Shown piece after piece: positions 24,780-35,445 of a stretch of 64,000 bases of DNA. The position numbers were made by a program, and so were the translations under genes. The DNA comes from Hypanus sabinus. Lineage: Eukaryota. The stretch is from the NCBI RefSeq assembly GCF_030144855.1, contig NC_082717.1:86924001-86988000 (forward strand), in the 5' to 3' direction. Every line of letters starts with the position of its first letter. Position 1 is the stretch's first letter. The notes under the pieces are model-generated. The model worked only from the letters and a program-made list of their open reading frames with translations, did no database searches and had not been told where the DNA came from.

Positions 24780-27700
24780 TCCACTAGGTCCTGGGAGAGG
24801 CAGGGCCATGGGCCATCCATACTTTCCAAGGAAAGGCAAGTGTAGGCAAGAGTGCAGAATTGGAAGCCAAGTTTCCCATAGCTGAGGGTGAAGAATTTAA
24901 AGACAAGTTGCTTTCATTTCTGCAGAGCAAGGAGAAGGAGTGGTCTGATGAGGAAGGGCTTAATGAGTCCTCCGGAGAGGGATGAAAATTCTGGGTTGGT
25001 ATCAGACCTTAATTCCCTGAAGATAAATGGCAAATTGCACCAGCAGAGAGTCAAAGTTATCGTAGGGTGAAAATGTTCTCAGGAGTGAAGCCCACCCTGA
25101 TGGGGAGGAGGAATATGAGACTTGGGCAAAGCAGACTTCTCAGGTGCTGGATGAGTGGCCATCTAAACGGTTGAGGTGAATTAATTAGGAATGGACCAAT
25201 TGGCAAAGGGCGCACAGTCACAGGACATGATCGCTTTCTGCCTCTGAATGTCTCATAAGACCCCCCCCCCCAGCCGTTTGTTGAGCTAATCAGAGGGGGA
25301 AGAGAGGATGGAAGTGTGACGGAAGAGCAGGAGGCCTTCTTCAGCAGGGTACAGCCTCGGGAGGAACCTCTGTTGCTGAAGTGACCCCTGATGTCCCACA
25401 CATGGGGGTGTTACAGGAGATCATGAAAGATTTTAGAGCCGAGGTTTCCCGGTTGTTATCAGCAGGTGCTGCCACCAAACGTGACAAAGCCGATAGACAC
25501 ACTGAGGGAACATCCTAAGCAGAGGGCTGCTGTTGAACAGGGTCCCTTGAAAAGGGGAGCAATCAGTAATGGTTGTTACAACTGTGGTGAGGGGGACACC
25601 AGGCAGGAGTGTGAAGGGACGGGAAAACCTTTGGAAAGTGAGCCAACAGTTACTTAAGCAGAAAGGGAAGTCGGGAAGCTTCAGAGAGACCCAGTGAGGG
25701 AATGGCCTGGTGTCTCGGGGGGAACATGATGCTGTCAATGTAACAAGAAAGACACTAAAATGAAAAACCCTTTTGCTGAAGGCTTAGCAGGGTCAATCTC
25801 CAGTGTATCGCTAAGGATCAAAGGCATATTATGCCAGAGCCATACTTGACAGAGGTTCTCCGGTTACTCTGCTGTACAGATCCCGTATTTGATGTATTTA
25901 ACATTGATGCTACTCAGTGCCCTAGAGCCCTGGGGCCCTAGTACTGATGACTACCCATATGATGGTTATTTGTCATTGAAGCTGGAGTTTTCGGAGGCAA
26001 ATGTGGGAGTAGCTGAGGTCCTCCATATGTTAGTGTTGATTTGTCTTGACCTGGTCGAGAAGAGTGAAGCTTCAAATTTTGTGGGAACAAATACTCCTAT
26101 TGTGAGGAGGCTAATGGGAGCCTGCAAGGAGAAAGTTGGAGAGAGCTTTCTGAAAACTTTGTCTATTCACCCTGTGTTCAGAGCTGCTTTTGAGGAAGTT
26201 CACACCTGTCGTTGGCTGGATGATGAGTACAAACAAGGAATGATGTGGTACACCCAGTCCAACCCCAGCCTGGGGAAGTAGCTCGAATGATGGGAAACCC
26301 TACATTTCCCAGAATGCCTGATATCAAGGCCCTCCTGGTGGATGCTCTGAAAGACTCTGAAGTGGAGACACAATTACCTGCTGGGGTACTGGTGAGGCCC
26401 GAACTGCAGAAGCCCTTGGTTGTACAGGTGAACTGGATAACAGTGAATGTCAGGAACACTTTGGAGAGCGAAATCACCCTCAGGTGGAGAATGCTGATGG
26501 CATACTTTTTTCTCCAGTGACTGTAAGGTCTAGTTTTCCTGAAAGACAAGCAGGAGAGAAATCATCTCCTGGAAAGGAAAAGTCGACAGCCAAATCATTC
26601 AACTTTGGAGACTCTGCGGTACTGAAAGTTGGAAGAGGAGACTGACAGGGAAGATGTTGAAGTTCGAAGATGTCTTTTCTACTGACGAATTTGATGTGGG
26701 TCGTTCCAAGAGCACTTGCCTCACCATCTGAGTGACAGTGGACACCCCTTTCAGGGAAAGGCCTTGGCTTGACTAGCACCCGCTGTCGTTGAGGACGTTT
26801 GACAGCTTCTGTGTAGGCTGAAGGAAGCTGGGATCATCACTGAGTCACTGAGTCCATACGTGTTTCGCATAGTGGCAGTGACCAAGAAGAATGGGAAGAT
26901 ACAAATGTGGGTGGACTATTGGACTTTGAACTGATGCACAGTCCCTGACCAGCATGCTGTTCTGAGGATCGAGGACACACTGGCCTGCCTGAGTGCAGCA
27001 AACTGGTTCAGTGTGCTGGACCTAAGGAGTGGGTATTATCAGATATCCATTGGTGATGCTGGCAAAGAGAAGACAGCATTCATATGTCCACTTGGATTCT
27101 CTCAGTTTGAAGGGATGCCCAGGCCATATAATGAGCACCAGCTGCTTTCCAGTGTGTCATGGAGAAAACTGTTGGGGATATGAAATTGCTTGACCTGGAT
27201 GATCTCATAGAGTTAAAGTCCACCCTGGAAGAGGAGGAGGCAAGGCTAGAGAAGTTGCTGGGCTGCCTGAAAACTGTCACTGGACAAGTACCAGAGCTGC
27301 AAGATGTCTGTCAACTACATTGGGCACATAGTCTCAGGGGATGGAGTAACTACGGATCCATTAATGATAGAGATGGTGACCTCATGGCCAAGGCCAGGAA
27401 ATGCGAGTGCTCGACATTTGTTTCTTCAATTCTGTGGGTTCTATCGGAGGTTCGTGAAGGACTATTCTAAAGGGAGTCACCCTTTGAATCAGCTTCTGTG
27501 CGGTTACCCTCCCCGAGGAAGAATGGGAGGACAATGAAAGGAGAAAGTGGTAAAGATTTATTAGTCCTTTTGGAGTAAGATAGTTCACAAAACACGAAGA
27601 GGCCATTCATTTGCTGAAGGAGCTCCTAAAGAAAGTGCCAGTATTGTTTTTCGCAAGCCCCCAATTGAGAGCAGTTAGCTGAGAGGGCTTAGGGGCCATT

Positions 27701-29370
27701 CTCTATCATGATCAGGGAACAGGGTTGATACCTGACGATTTTTTCAGCTGGAGTCTGTCACCCTCCAAGTGAAACTATCTCATGCACAAATTAGAGTTTC
27801 TGGCATTGAAATGGGCTGTGATGGATAAGCTAAGTGACTACCTATAGGGTGCCAGGTTCGAGCAGAGGACAGACAACAATCCATTGATTTCTATCCTAAC
27901 ATCACAAAATTGGATGCCATAGGCCATCATTAGAAGACAGCGCTGTCTGCCTATGATTTCAACCTGAAGTACCAGCCAGGGAGCTAGAAGATTGATTTGG
28001 ATGCTTTGTCCCAATGTGTGCATGGCGGGCTGGAAATGGACAGAGAGTGGGAGAGGGTTCCTGCACCTGGAGTTAAAGAAATGTGCCAGTTTTCGGTCAC
28101 TGGGAAGTCAGAGGCAAGGCCAGGGCAGGATCAAACGGTGGATCATTTGGCAGTTTCTGGTTGTGCCATTCCACAAGCTTACTGCAACCTGTCCGCTCTG
28201 AATACGAAACAGTTGCCTGAGTTGTGTCCTGGGGAAGTGACCACTGCTCGGTGAGATGACCCTTTTATAGGTACAGTTTGGTCAGCTGTTGTGGAAGAGG
28301 ATATGGCTCAAGTGGACGATATGAAACACCCTGCTGTACCCCCACTGCTGAGAGAATGGAACAAACTGGAGTTGAGGAACCAGGTTCTATACTGGATCAC
28401 GTCTCCTCCAGCCAGGCCTCGGTGTTCCCAGTTGGTTTTGCCTGAGAAGCATCAGAGGATTGTGTTGAAATCACTTCATGATGGTTTAGGTTGTTTGGGG
28501 TTCTACTGGCCCCGAATGACGCCTGAGGTCGAAGAGAACTGTAAGTTGTGCATTCAATGTATTCAGAGGAAGATGCTACCTATGAGGGTTGGTCCTTTAA
28601 CCCATTTACCTGTGCAGGGCCACTTGATGTAAAGTGGATGGATTTCCTCTCCGTAGAGCCTGATTCCAGCAACACGGCAAATGTCTTGGTTATTACTGAT
28701 CACTATAGCACAACTCTTCCTTACAAAGGTTCAGATGGCATCCACCCTGCCCAAAGTGCTTTGGGAAAAGTATTTTGTTCATTATGGCCTTCCCAGATGG
28801 ATACACAACTATCAGGGAATGGATTTTAAGAGTAGGCTCATGCATGATTTACTGAGCATGCTTGTTGTTGAGAAGTTGAGGTCTATGCCTTATCACCCTC
28901 ATCGTAATCCCCAGCCTGAGGATGTTCAACCGGACATTGATAGACATGCTCAGAACCCTAGAGATCAGCAAGAAAGACAAAGGGAGTCCGCATATTGGGC
29001 ATCTTGTCCACTGCTACAAGTGTACACAGAGTGAAGCTACTGGATATTTGCTGTACTATTTGATATTTGGGCATGAATCAAGGTTTCCTGTTGACCTCTG
29101 TTTTAGGACTGGTGGGGAAGATTTGTCCCAGAAGATATGCCACTACCATTTACAAATGGATTGCAGGTTCTGACATCATGAAGTTCCTTTGAAAACTGTG
29201 TAATTAATGGGGGGGGGGGTTGATAAGCTTCAAAGTCATGAGGACCTGACTATTTTTAGTGGGGGGGAGAGTGTAACGCCCTGGTAAAGGTTTTACTGTT
29301 AATGTTGTAGGGTGTTTCACGCTTGTAAGACAACTGGCTGTGATGTTGTATCGGGCTGAGTACTGAAACC
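24780..29370 (+). mobile_element. Degenerate Ty3/Gypsy LTR retrotransposon with PNMA/Ma-like gag
   Basis: Gag reads YRRVKMFSG..GEEEYETWAKQ (~25060, frameshifted), with zinc knuckle CYNCGEG. Protease LDRGS at ~25845. RT WFSVLDLRSGYYQI at ~27005. RNase H KLEFLALKWAV. Integrase segments GFYWPRM, WMDFLS, PYHPHRN and MFNRTL. A polypurine tract GGGGGGGAGAG (29261-29271) precedes TGTAAC at the start of a truncated 3' LTR (29272). Confidence 0.82.
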
Positions 29371-29377
29371 CTATGAT

Positions 29378-31240
29378 CCAAATGGCTAGAGTGTGCAAGG
29401 ATATCTTCAGTCTCTGTCTCTGCTGCTGTCTGAGATGCTCACCACCTTCAAAAGGGCAGCAATCATATCGGTGGCCCAAGAAGAGTAGGGTGATCTGGAC
29501 CCATGACAGTCACCGTCGCACTCACATCTACTGTGATGTTGAGAGGTTGGTCACGAATAGAATTAACTCCTGCCTGAGACAGAAAGTGAACCCACTGCAA
29601 TTTGCCCGCGAACACAACAGGTCAGATTTCAGATCAGATTCAGATTCAGATTACTATCACATGTGCATTGAAACATATAATGAAATGTGGTGTTTGCATC
29701 AACAACTAAACACACCCGAGGATGTGCTGGGGACAGTCCGCAATTGTTGCTGCACATTCTGGCTCCAACATAGCATGCCCACAATGCTCGGCAGAGCAAC
29801 ACAGAACACAACAAAACAGAACAAAGCAACAGCAACAGAACAAGCCCCATTCCTTCCTCCAGCCACCCACACCCCCACACAGGCCTCTCACCCCAATAGA
29901 GAGCTTCTTTGGCCACCAAACACCAGTGAGCATGAACTCCCGGACATTGGTTTTTGATTTCCCCAGTGGGCTCAGAAGGATTCACAGACTCAGAGTTTTG
30001 GCCATCGCTCCTTGATCACCAGTCTTTTGATCGACCTTTGGGCTTTGATCTTTGGTATCAACCCAGGAATTGCCAATATTGGTGAACAAGGTCACTGGGT
30101 GAGAACCTAAACTCTGGGCTCACTGTTAACAGAACCCAAACTCAAACTCCAGTCTTGGAGATTCACGTACGTGGGGGCTCTAGGTCTACAGCAGAAACAA
30201 TCTCACTGGCTCCCCACTCTGCTTTGGAGCACCTAGACAACTGAAAATTAAACAGCTATTTATTGATTACAGCTCATCATTCAACACCATCTTCCTCTCA
30301 ACTCTACACAATAAACTACAAAACCTGGGCATCTGTACCTCCCTCCACAAAAGGGTCCTCGATTTTGTTATTGTGAGACCCAGCCAGTGCGGATTGCGAG
30401 AAACACCTCCTCCTCACTGAGAATCACACAGGGTCACATCAAGGATGCATGTTTTACACACTGACCTGTTCTCTCTACAACATTACTGTGTGGCTCAGCA
30501 CATCTACAGTATAAATTCACCGATGACGTGGATGGTAGAATGTCAGATGGCAACAAGAAGACATTCAGGAGTGAGATAGATCGGCTGCTTCAGTGGTTTT
30601 ACACCAACAGCAAGACCAAGGAATTGATTGTGGACTTCAGGAAGGGGGAGTCAGGAGAACACACACCAGTCCCCATGGAGATTTCAGCTTCAATTCATTT
30701 TTTATTGCGACACCGCACGGTATGAGCCCTTCCAGACCTTCAAGCTGTGCTGCCCAGAAATCCCTCAATCTAATCTGAGCAGACTCACAGAACAATTTAC
30801 AATGACCAATTAACTTACCAAGTCGTACGTTTCTGGGCTGTGGAAGGAAAACAGAGCACCTGGAGGAAACACACACACAGTCAAGGGGAGAATGTAAGAA
30901 CACATGACAGCAGCATCTGGAATTGTACCTGGGTTGCTGGTACTGTAAAGTGTTGTGCTGACCACGGTGCTACTGGGCCACCCATAGATGTAGGGTGGGG
31001 AGCATTCTGAGTGGGTCTATCACTATCGGGTAGAGAGGCTCTAATGCACAGTAACACAAGCGGCTGCAGAGGGTTATAGAATCAGACAGCTCAATCATGG
31101 GCACAACCCTCCCCACCAGCAAGGACGTCTTCAAGAAGTGATGCCTCAAGAATGCAGCATCCATCAGTAAGGACCCTTAACCATCAGGATATGCACTGTT
31201 TCTGTACTGTCATTGAAGGGGAGGTACAGGAGCCTGAAAG
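29378..31240 (+). mobile_element. Old Rex1/Babar-like LINE remnant containing nested repeats (copy A, upstream of paralog 2)
   Basis: RT-derived segments KDIFSL, LFIDYSSSFNTI, YKFTDD and SKTKELIVDFRKG. Interrupted by an unclassified element at ~29625-30175 and a SINE at ~30690-30983. Paralogous to 51290-54770. Confidence 0.7.
30690..30983 (-). mobile_element. tRNA-derived V-SINE-like element (HE1-like)
   Basis: The minus strand has a tRNA-like head (GGGTGGCCCAGTAGCACCGTGGTCAGCAC) and a V-domain-like TTTCCTCCAGGTGCTCTGTTTTCCTTCCACAG...TTAATTGGTCATTGTAAATTG. A related copy is at 62270-62577. Confidence 0.65.
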
Positions 31241-32699
31241 CCTGAATGTTTGGACTGATGTAGGCAGAGAGATTAGGATAAATGGGCTCTTGGTGTTTCA
31301 CGTTCAGGATAAGATGGGATCACATTTAAGTTATGAAACTGATGGAAGTGAATAGACCAGGTACAGGGAGAACAGTCCAAATGGTGGGAAGGACAGAGCC
31401 AACAGTCATATCTTGAGTTTACGAGGGAAGTAATTTCTGATGTGTCCTGATATATCTGGTGGGCAATGGCAGTGGACAATTGAACACATGATTGCAGGAG
31501 CATGTTCCAATAACCTTCCCATACTAAACAAGTGTGAAGCCCAGTATGAAATAAAGACTAGATGAAACAACCACCTCCATTTAGAAGCATCATGTCGATG
31601 ATCCATATCAGCTTCTGCAGACACTCCCATAGTTACAGACGACAGCTCCATTCATTTCATGGGATATCGAAGAAATGGCTGAGATCACCTAACATGCCAA
31701 AGCCTACAGAGCAGGCCGTACCTCAGCTGTAGGACTGAAACTTCCGCTCCAGATCTAGATGAGGCTCGAGCTAAAGTGTTCCCGCCCAGTTACTGCACTG
31801 GTTATGTTGTATTCATAAAAGCAAGGAAGGTCCATTCTAGCTAATTACAGCCTAAGCATTCTGTCTCTAAACTGTCAACCAAGCAATGGATGTCATCATC
31901 AAAAATGTTATTATATGACACTTGGTGACCACAGATCTCCTCACCAGTAACAAGTGTTGCTTTTGCCAGGACCTCCAGTTTCTGAGTTCAATTATTCCTT
32001 AAACAGCTCAACTCAACAGGGATGTGAGGAGAAACTGGTGCCAGATAAAATATGTAAGAATAAATTCTCCAAAGACATATTCAATCTTTTCCAATCATTG
32101 ATGTTCTTACCATGAGTCACTTAGACAGTCAAAAGAGTCAATACTGCATCGTTGAAACATGAACATGTCTAACATGGCTTTTCATGGTTTTTTCTGTCAG
32201 AACTTGACACTGGTTCATGTATAGTGATGTTGGAGATATTGTTCAAACGAAAGGAGCTACAAAGGATAGCAAGATGGTCTTAAAGAAGGAACTCGAGATT
32301 TATGGTCACCACTACTGAGGGCACAGCAAAATAGAGCAGATATTTAAATTGGGTGATAGAAATTGGAAATATTTATTGCTGGAGTATTTTTGATATATTG
32401 AACATTTTCTGAGCTCGAAAATTTATATCAGTCTATCAGAGCTGCTGAGTATGGAGTGGAGAACGCTGACAGAGAAGAAAAAAATAATTAATCACCAAAA
32501 ACTGGAATGCAGAGAGTGGGTAGCTGTTCTGTGTGAGTGTTTGTGGGGATAGGGGGGTGAAAATGTTGACAAGTTGTCAGGTGGAAAAGGATAGAAGAAG
32601 GTGTGAGTGGGTCACTGTTACAAGTCCACAGCAGACAGATACGTTAAAAAGTTTCCTTTGTGTTTCCAGTACAGTGACATTGAGTTTCCAACCCAGTAC

Positions 32700-32855
32700 T
32701 TATACACCAGATGTATCTGACTAGATTCTGTTAATTGTTGTGTCAGACACGGTGATAATGTTGTAAAGTGTTTATTTTGAACCTGGTAACTAACAATGGT
32801 CACGTCATTCTACAATCCCTGTGGATGCCACTTGCCTTTAAAAATAAAGGCTCAG
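32700..32855 (+). promoter_or_regulatory. Putative core promoter of GPCR paralog 2 (TATA-like TTTAAAAATAAA at 32837-32848)
   Basis: Positional homology to the TATA-containing blocks of paralogs 1 and 3. Shared motifs are CAGATG, TAATTG, TGTTTAT, AACAAT and CACGTCA. Confidence 0.55.
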
Positions 32856-32907
32856 ACTGTCAACATAAACTCCTCCCTGCTGAATGGTATATTAGTTCAC
32901 TGCAAAC

Positions 32908-35445
32908 ATGATAATAGATTATATAATCTACCTCTTGAACGATTTTAGACCTCATTACTTCCGGATCCTGGCAGTCATTGGAGTTCTCTGTAAGTCATTC
33001 TAACCATTGCCTCCTTGAATGCTCTGATATGGAACTTGGTGTTGGATTTGTTCAGCTTTGTTTATTTCTGACTGTTATTCCAGCTCTGAATCTTCACTGG
33101 AATTCCTCGTCTCTTCCCTGATTTTACTTGCTGCCTCGCTACCATATCTACTGGGCTTCAGTCTTTGTAGGTCAGCGTCCTTCATCCTTTGCACCTTCAG
33201 ATTTGCATTGGTCAGGCTGTGGATCCTGAATAACAAGGTGTTCATTGATTTCCAAATCCTACTGTCTGATTTTCAAAGAGTGAGGAACAAAACCCATGTG
33301 TGGCACGTGGCCAAGTGGTTAAGGCGTTGGACTAGTGATCTGAAGGTCGTGAGACTGAGGCATTGTGTTGTGTCCTTGAGCAAGGCACTTAACCGCACAC
33401 TGCTCCAGTCCACCCAGCTGAAAATGGGTACCAGCGAAATGCTGGGGTTAACCTCGCGATAGACTGGCGTTCTACCCGGGGGGGGGGGGGGGGAGAGGTG
33501 GGCGGGGAGTCTCGTATGCTCAGTCGCTTCATGCCACGGAAACCGGCATCAGCACCGGCCTGATGAGCCTATAAGGCTCGGAACAGACTTTAACTAGCTA
33601 ACTAACTCATTTTCAACGTAGCCAGATGGTATGATGCATTCCATGTAAAATGACTGATATTGGTAAAATTATTGCTTAAATGTCATTAAATTCTGCTGAT
33701 GGTTTTCCAGAGGTGTATATAGAATAAGAACCTCCATTTAACATCAATAACCAACATTGAATATTCGAAGGAATTTACAGCAATGAAGTTCCTTTGAAAT
33801 GTGACCACAATTGAAACTAAACCATTAACTCAACCTGTCCCTTGGGTTCCCCTTGTCCAAATCTGGAATTCACAGATTTGTCTAGCTTCACTCTCCTTTC
33901 TAAACAAAAGATTCTCTCATGGATCCCTGTCACTACCACATCCCAGTAAATGGAGATTGTTAGGTCAAGAAATGAAGAGCTGGAGATGGACCGTGTTGAT
34001 AAGGGACAGCTGGAAATTGCATTAAGTTTCCAATTACAGGGTGTGAGCAGGAAGTGGCTTCAATCAGTCAGATAGGTGAAGGAAAGAGTGGGGAACAAAG
34101 CCCATGTGAAACTGGAACAAATAATGTTCTAGATATAGCTCAGGTAGGCAAACTGGGAACACTATTGCATCACTTGCCAAGGCTTGTTGTTCAGAATGGT
34201 TGAGTGAACAGAATGTTCCCTCTGAGTATGAGTTCAACCAGCTGAATGTCCAACTCCTCAACTCATCCAAGTGGTTTCCATTGTTGGTCATATTGGGTGC
34301 TCCAATGGGTGACTGACTGGAGCCTCACTGCCTCTTTGATCCCAGTTCCAGCCCATCTCTGAGTTAAAATATGGAAACCACATTGCCACACTGCTGAGTC
34401 TGTGTTGAGGAAGTTTACTGTACAATTCCAAACTCATTACACCCCTGTGTTCCGTGGTCAATTTAGCTGTTGGCCCATTTGACCTTTCCATTTATTTCAT
34501 GTCAACTGTTCAACCTGCAATAATTAGCAATTACTCCATTTCTCCCCTTCACTTGACTAATTTACATTGTTTACTTCTCCAATATTCACAGCTAACTTGG
34601 TGGCAATTGTAACTCTATCACGAGGGCGGTGTGGACTCTCCAAAGGTGTCACTTGGTATCTTCTGGCAATGGCCGTGGCAGATCTATTGGTTGTCATATT
34701 TAACGTCATTCCCAAAGTGATATATTACTATTATAAACCTCCCCTTTGCAACATCATACATACCATGAGTTACGTATCTCTGGCTAGTTCCGTCTGGCTC
34801 ACGGTTGCCTTCACCTTGGACCGAATGGTGGCCATTTGCTTCCAGAGGCTGAAGCCCAGATACTGCACTGAGAAAGGTGCAGCTATCATTATTGCAGTGG
34901 TGAATGTGCTGAGTTTGTTCACCAACATCCCGTGGTATTTCACGTACAGGTCTTATATCTGCTGGGTATCGCTTGATTTCATAAATTCCCTCATGTGGCA
35001 AGCCTTTGACTGGGGGCACCGTATTTTAACCCCAGTTGTCCCCTTCGTGCTGATCCTGCTGCTCAATGTGGTCACTATTAAGCACATTATGATGGCCAGT
35101 GCAGCCCGCAGGAGACTGAGGGGTCAGCGGAATGGGGAGGAGAAGGACGACCAAGAGATGAAGAATCGAAGAAGATCCATCATTTTACTCTTCACTTTAT
35201 CGGCCAGCTTTATCCTGTTATGGATGACACATGTGGTCATTCTTGCAGTTGAGTCGATTACTATGCAGTATTTCGTAATGACATCTTCATATGTCGTGGC
35301 TCAAATGATGGGAGTAATGCTTCAGTCATTCAGCTCCTGTACCAACATGTTTATCTATGCCATCACCCAGAAGAAGTTCCGAGAGGAGATGAAAAATGTT
35401 GTGAAATATCCCTTTAGGGCCATCCTGAGTTTCTGTAGAAATTAG
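32908..35445 (+). CDS. GPR139/GPR142-like class A GPCR, paralog 2; join(32908..32989, 34592..35445), about 311 aa
   Basis: Exon 1 reads MIIDYIIYLLNDFRPHYFRILAVIGVL with a GTAAGT donor at 32990. The acceptor is TTCACAG at 34591, preceded by a branch-point-like GACTAAT. Exon 2 is an open 7TM frame with ADLLV, DRMVAIC, NIPW and SCTNMFIY. Confidence 0.9.
33277..33608 (+). mobile_element. tRNA-derived CORE-type SINE in the intron of paralog 2, with an 8-bp TSD
   Basis: A-box head GTGGCCAAGTGGTTAAGGCG, CORE-like GTGTCCTTGAGCAAGGCACTTAAC and an (ACTA)n-like tail. TSD ATTTTCAA at 33269-33276 and 33609-33616. Absent at the homologous intron position of paralog 3 (~57280). Confidence 0.8.

Noticed and set aside
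33299-33360. tRNA gene
   Set aside because: It has an A box only, with no T-arm/B box or cloverleaf. It is the head of a SINE with a TSD.
34567-34591. ORF-track N-termini MFTSPIFTA (and MFTFPIFTA at 59053) as real starts
   Set aside because: They begin at TTG inside the polypyrimidine tract before a canonical AG acceptor. The real N-terminus comes from the upstream 82-nt exon.
34684-35019. Antisense ORFs conserved between paralogs (34684-35019 and 59173-59505)
   Set aside because: They are shadows of the sense GPCR frame, and their similarity follows from exon identity.
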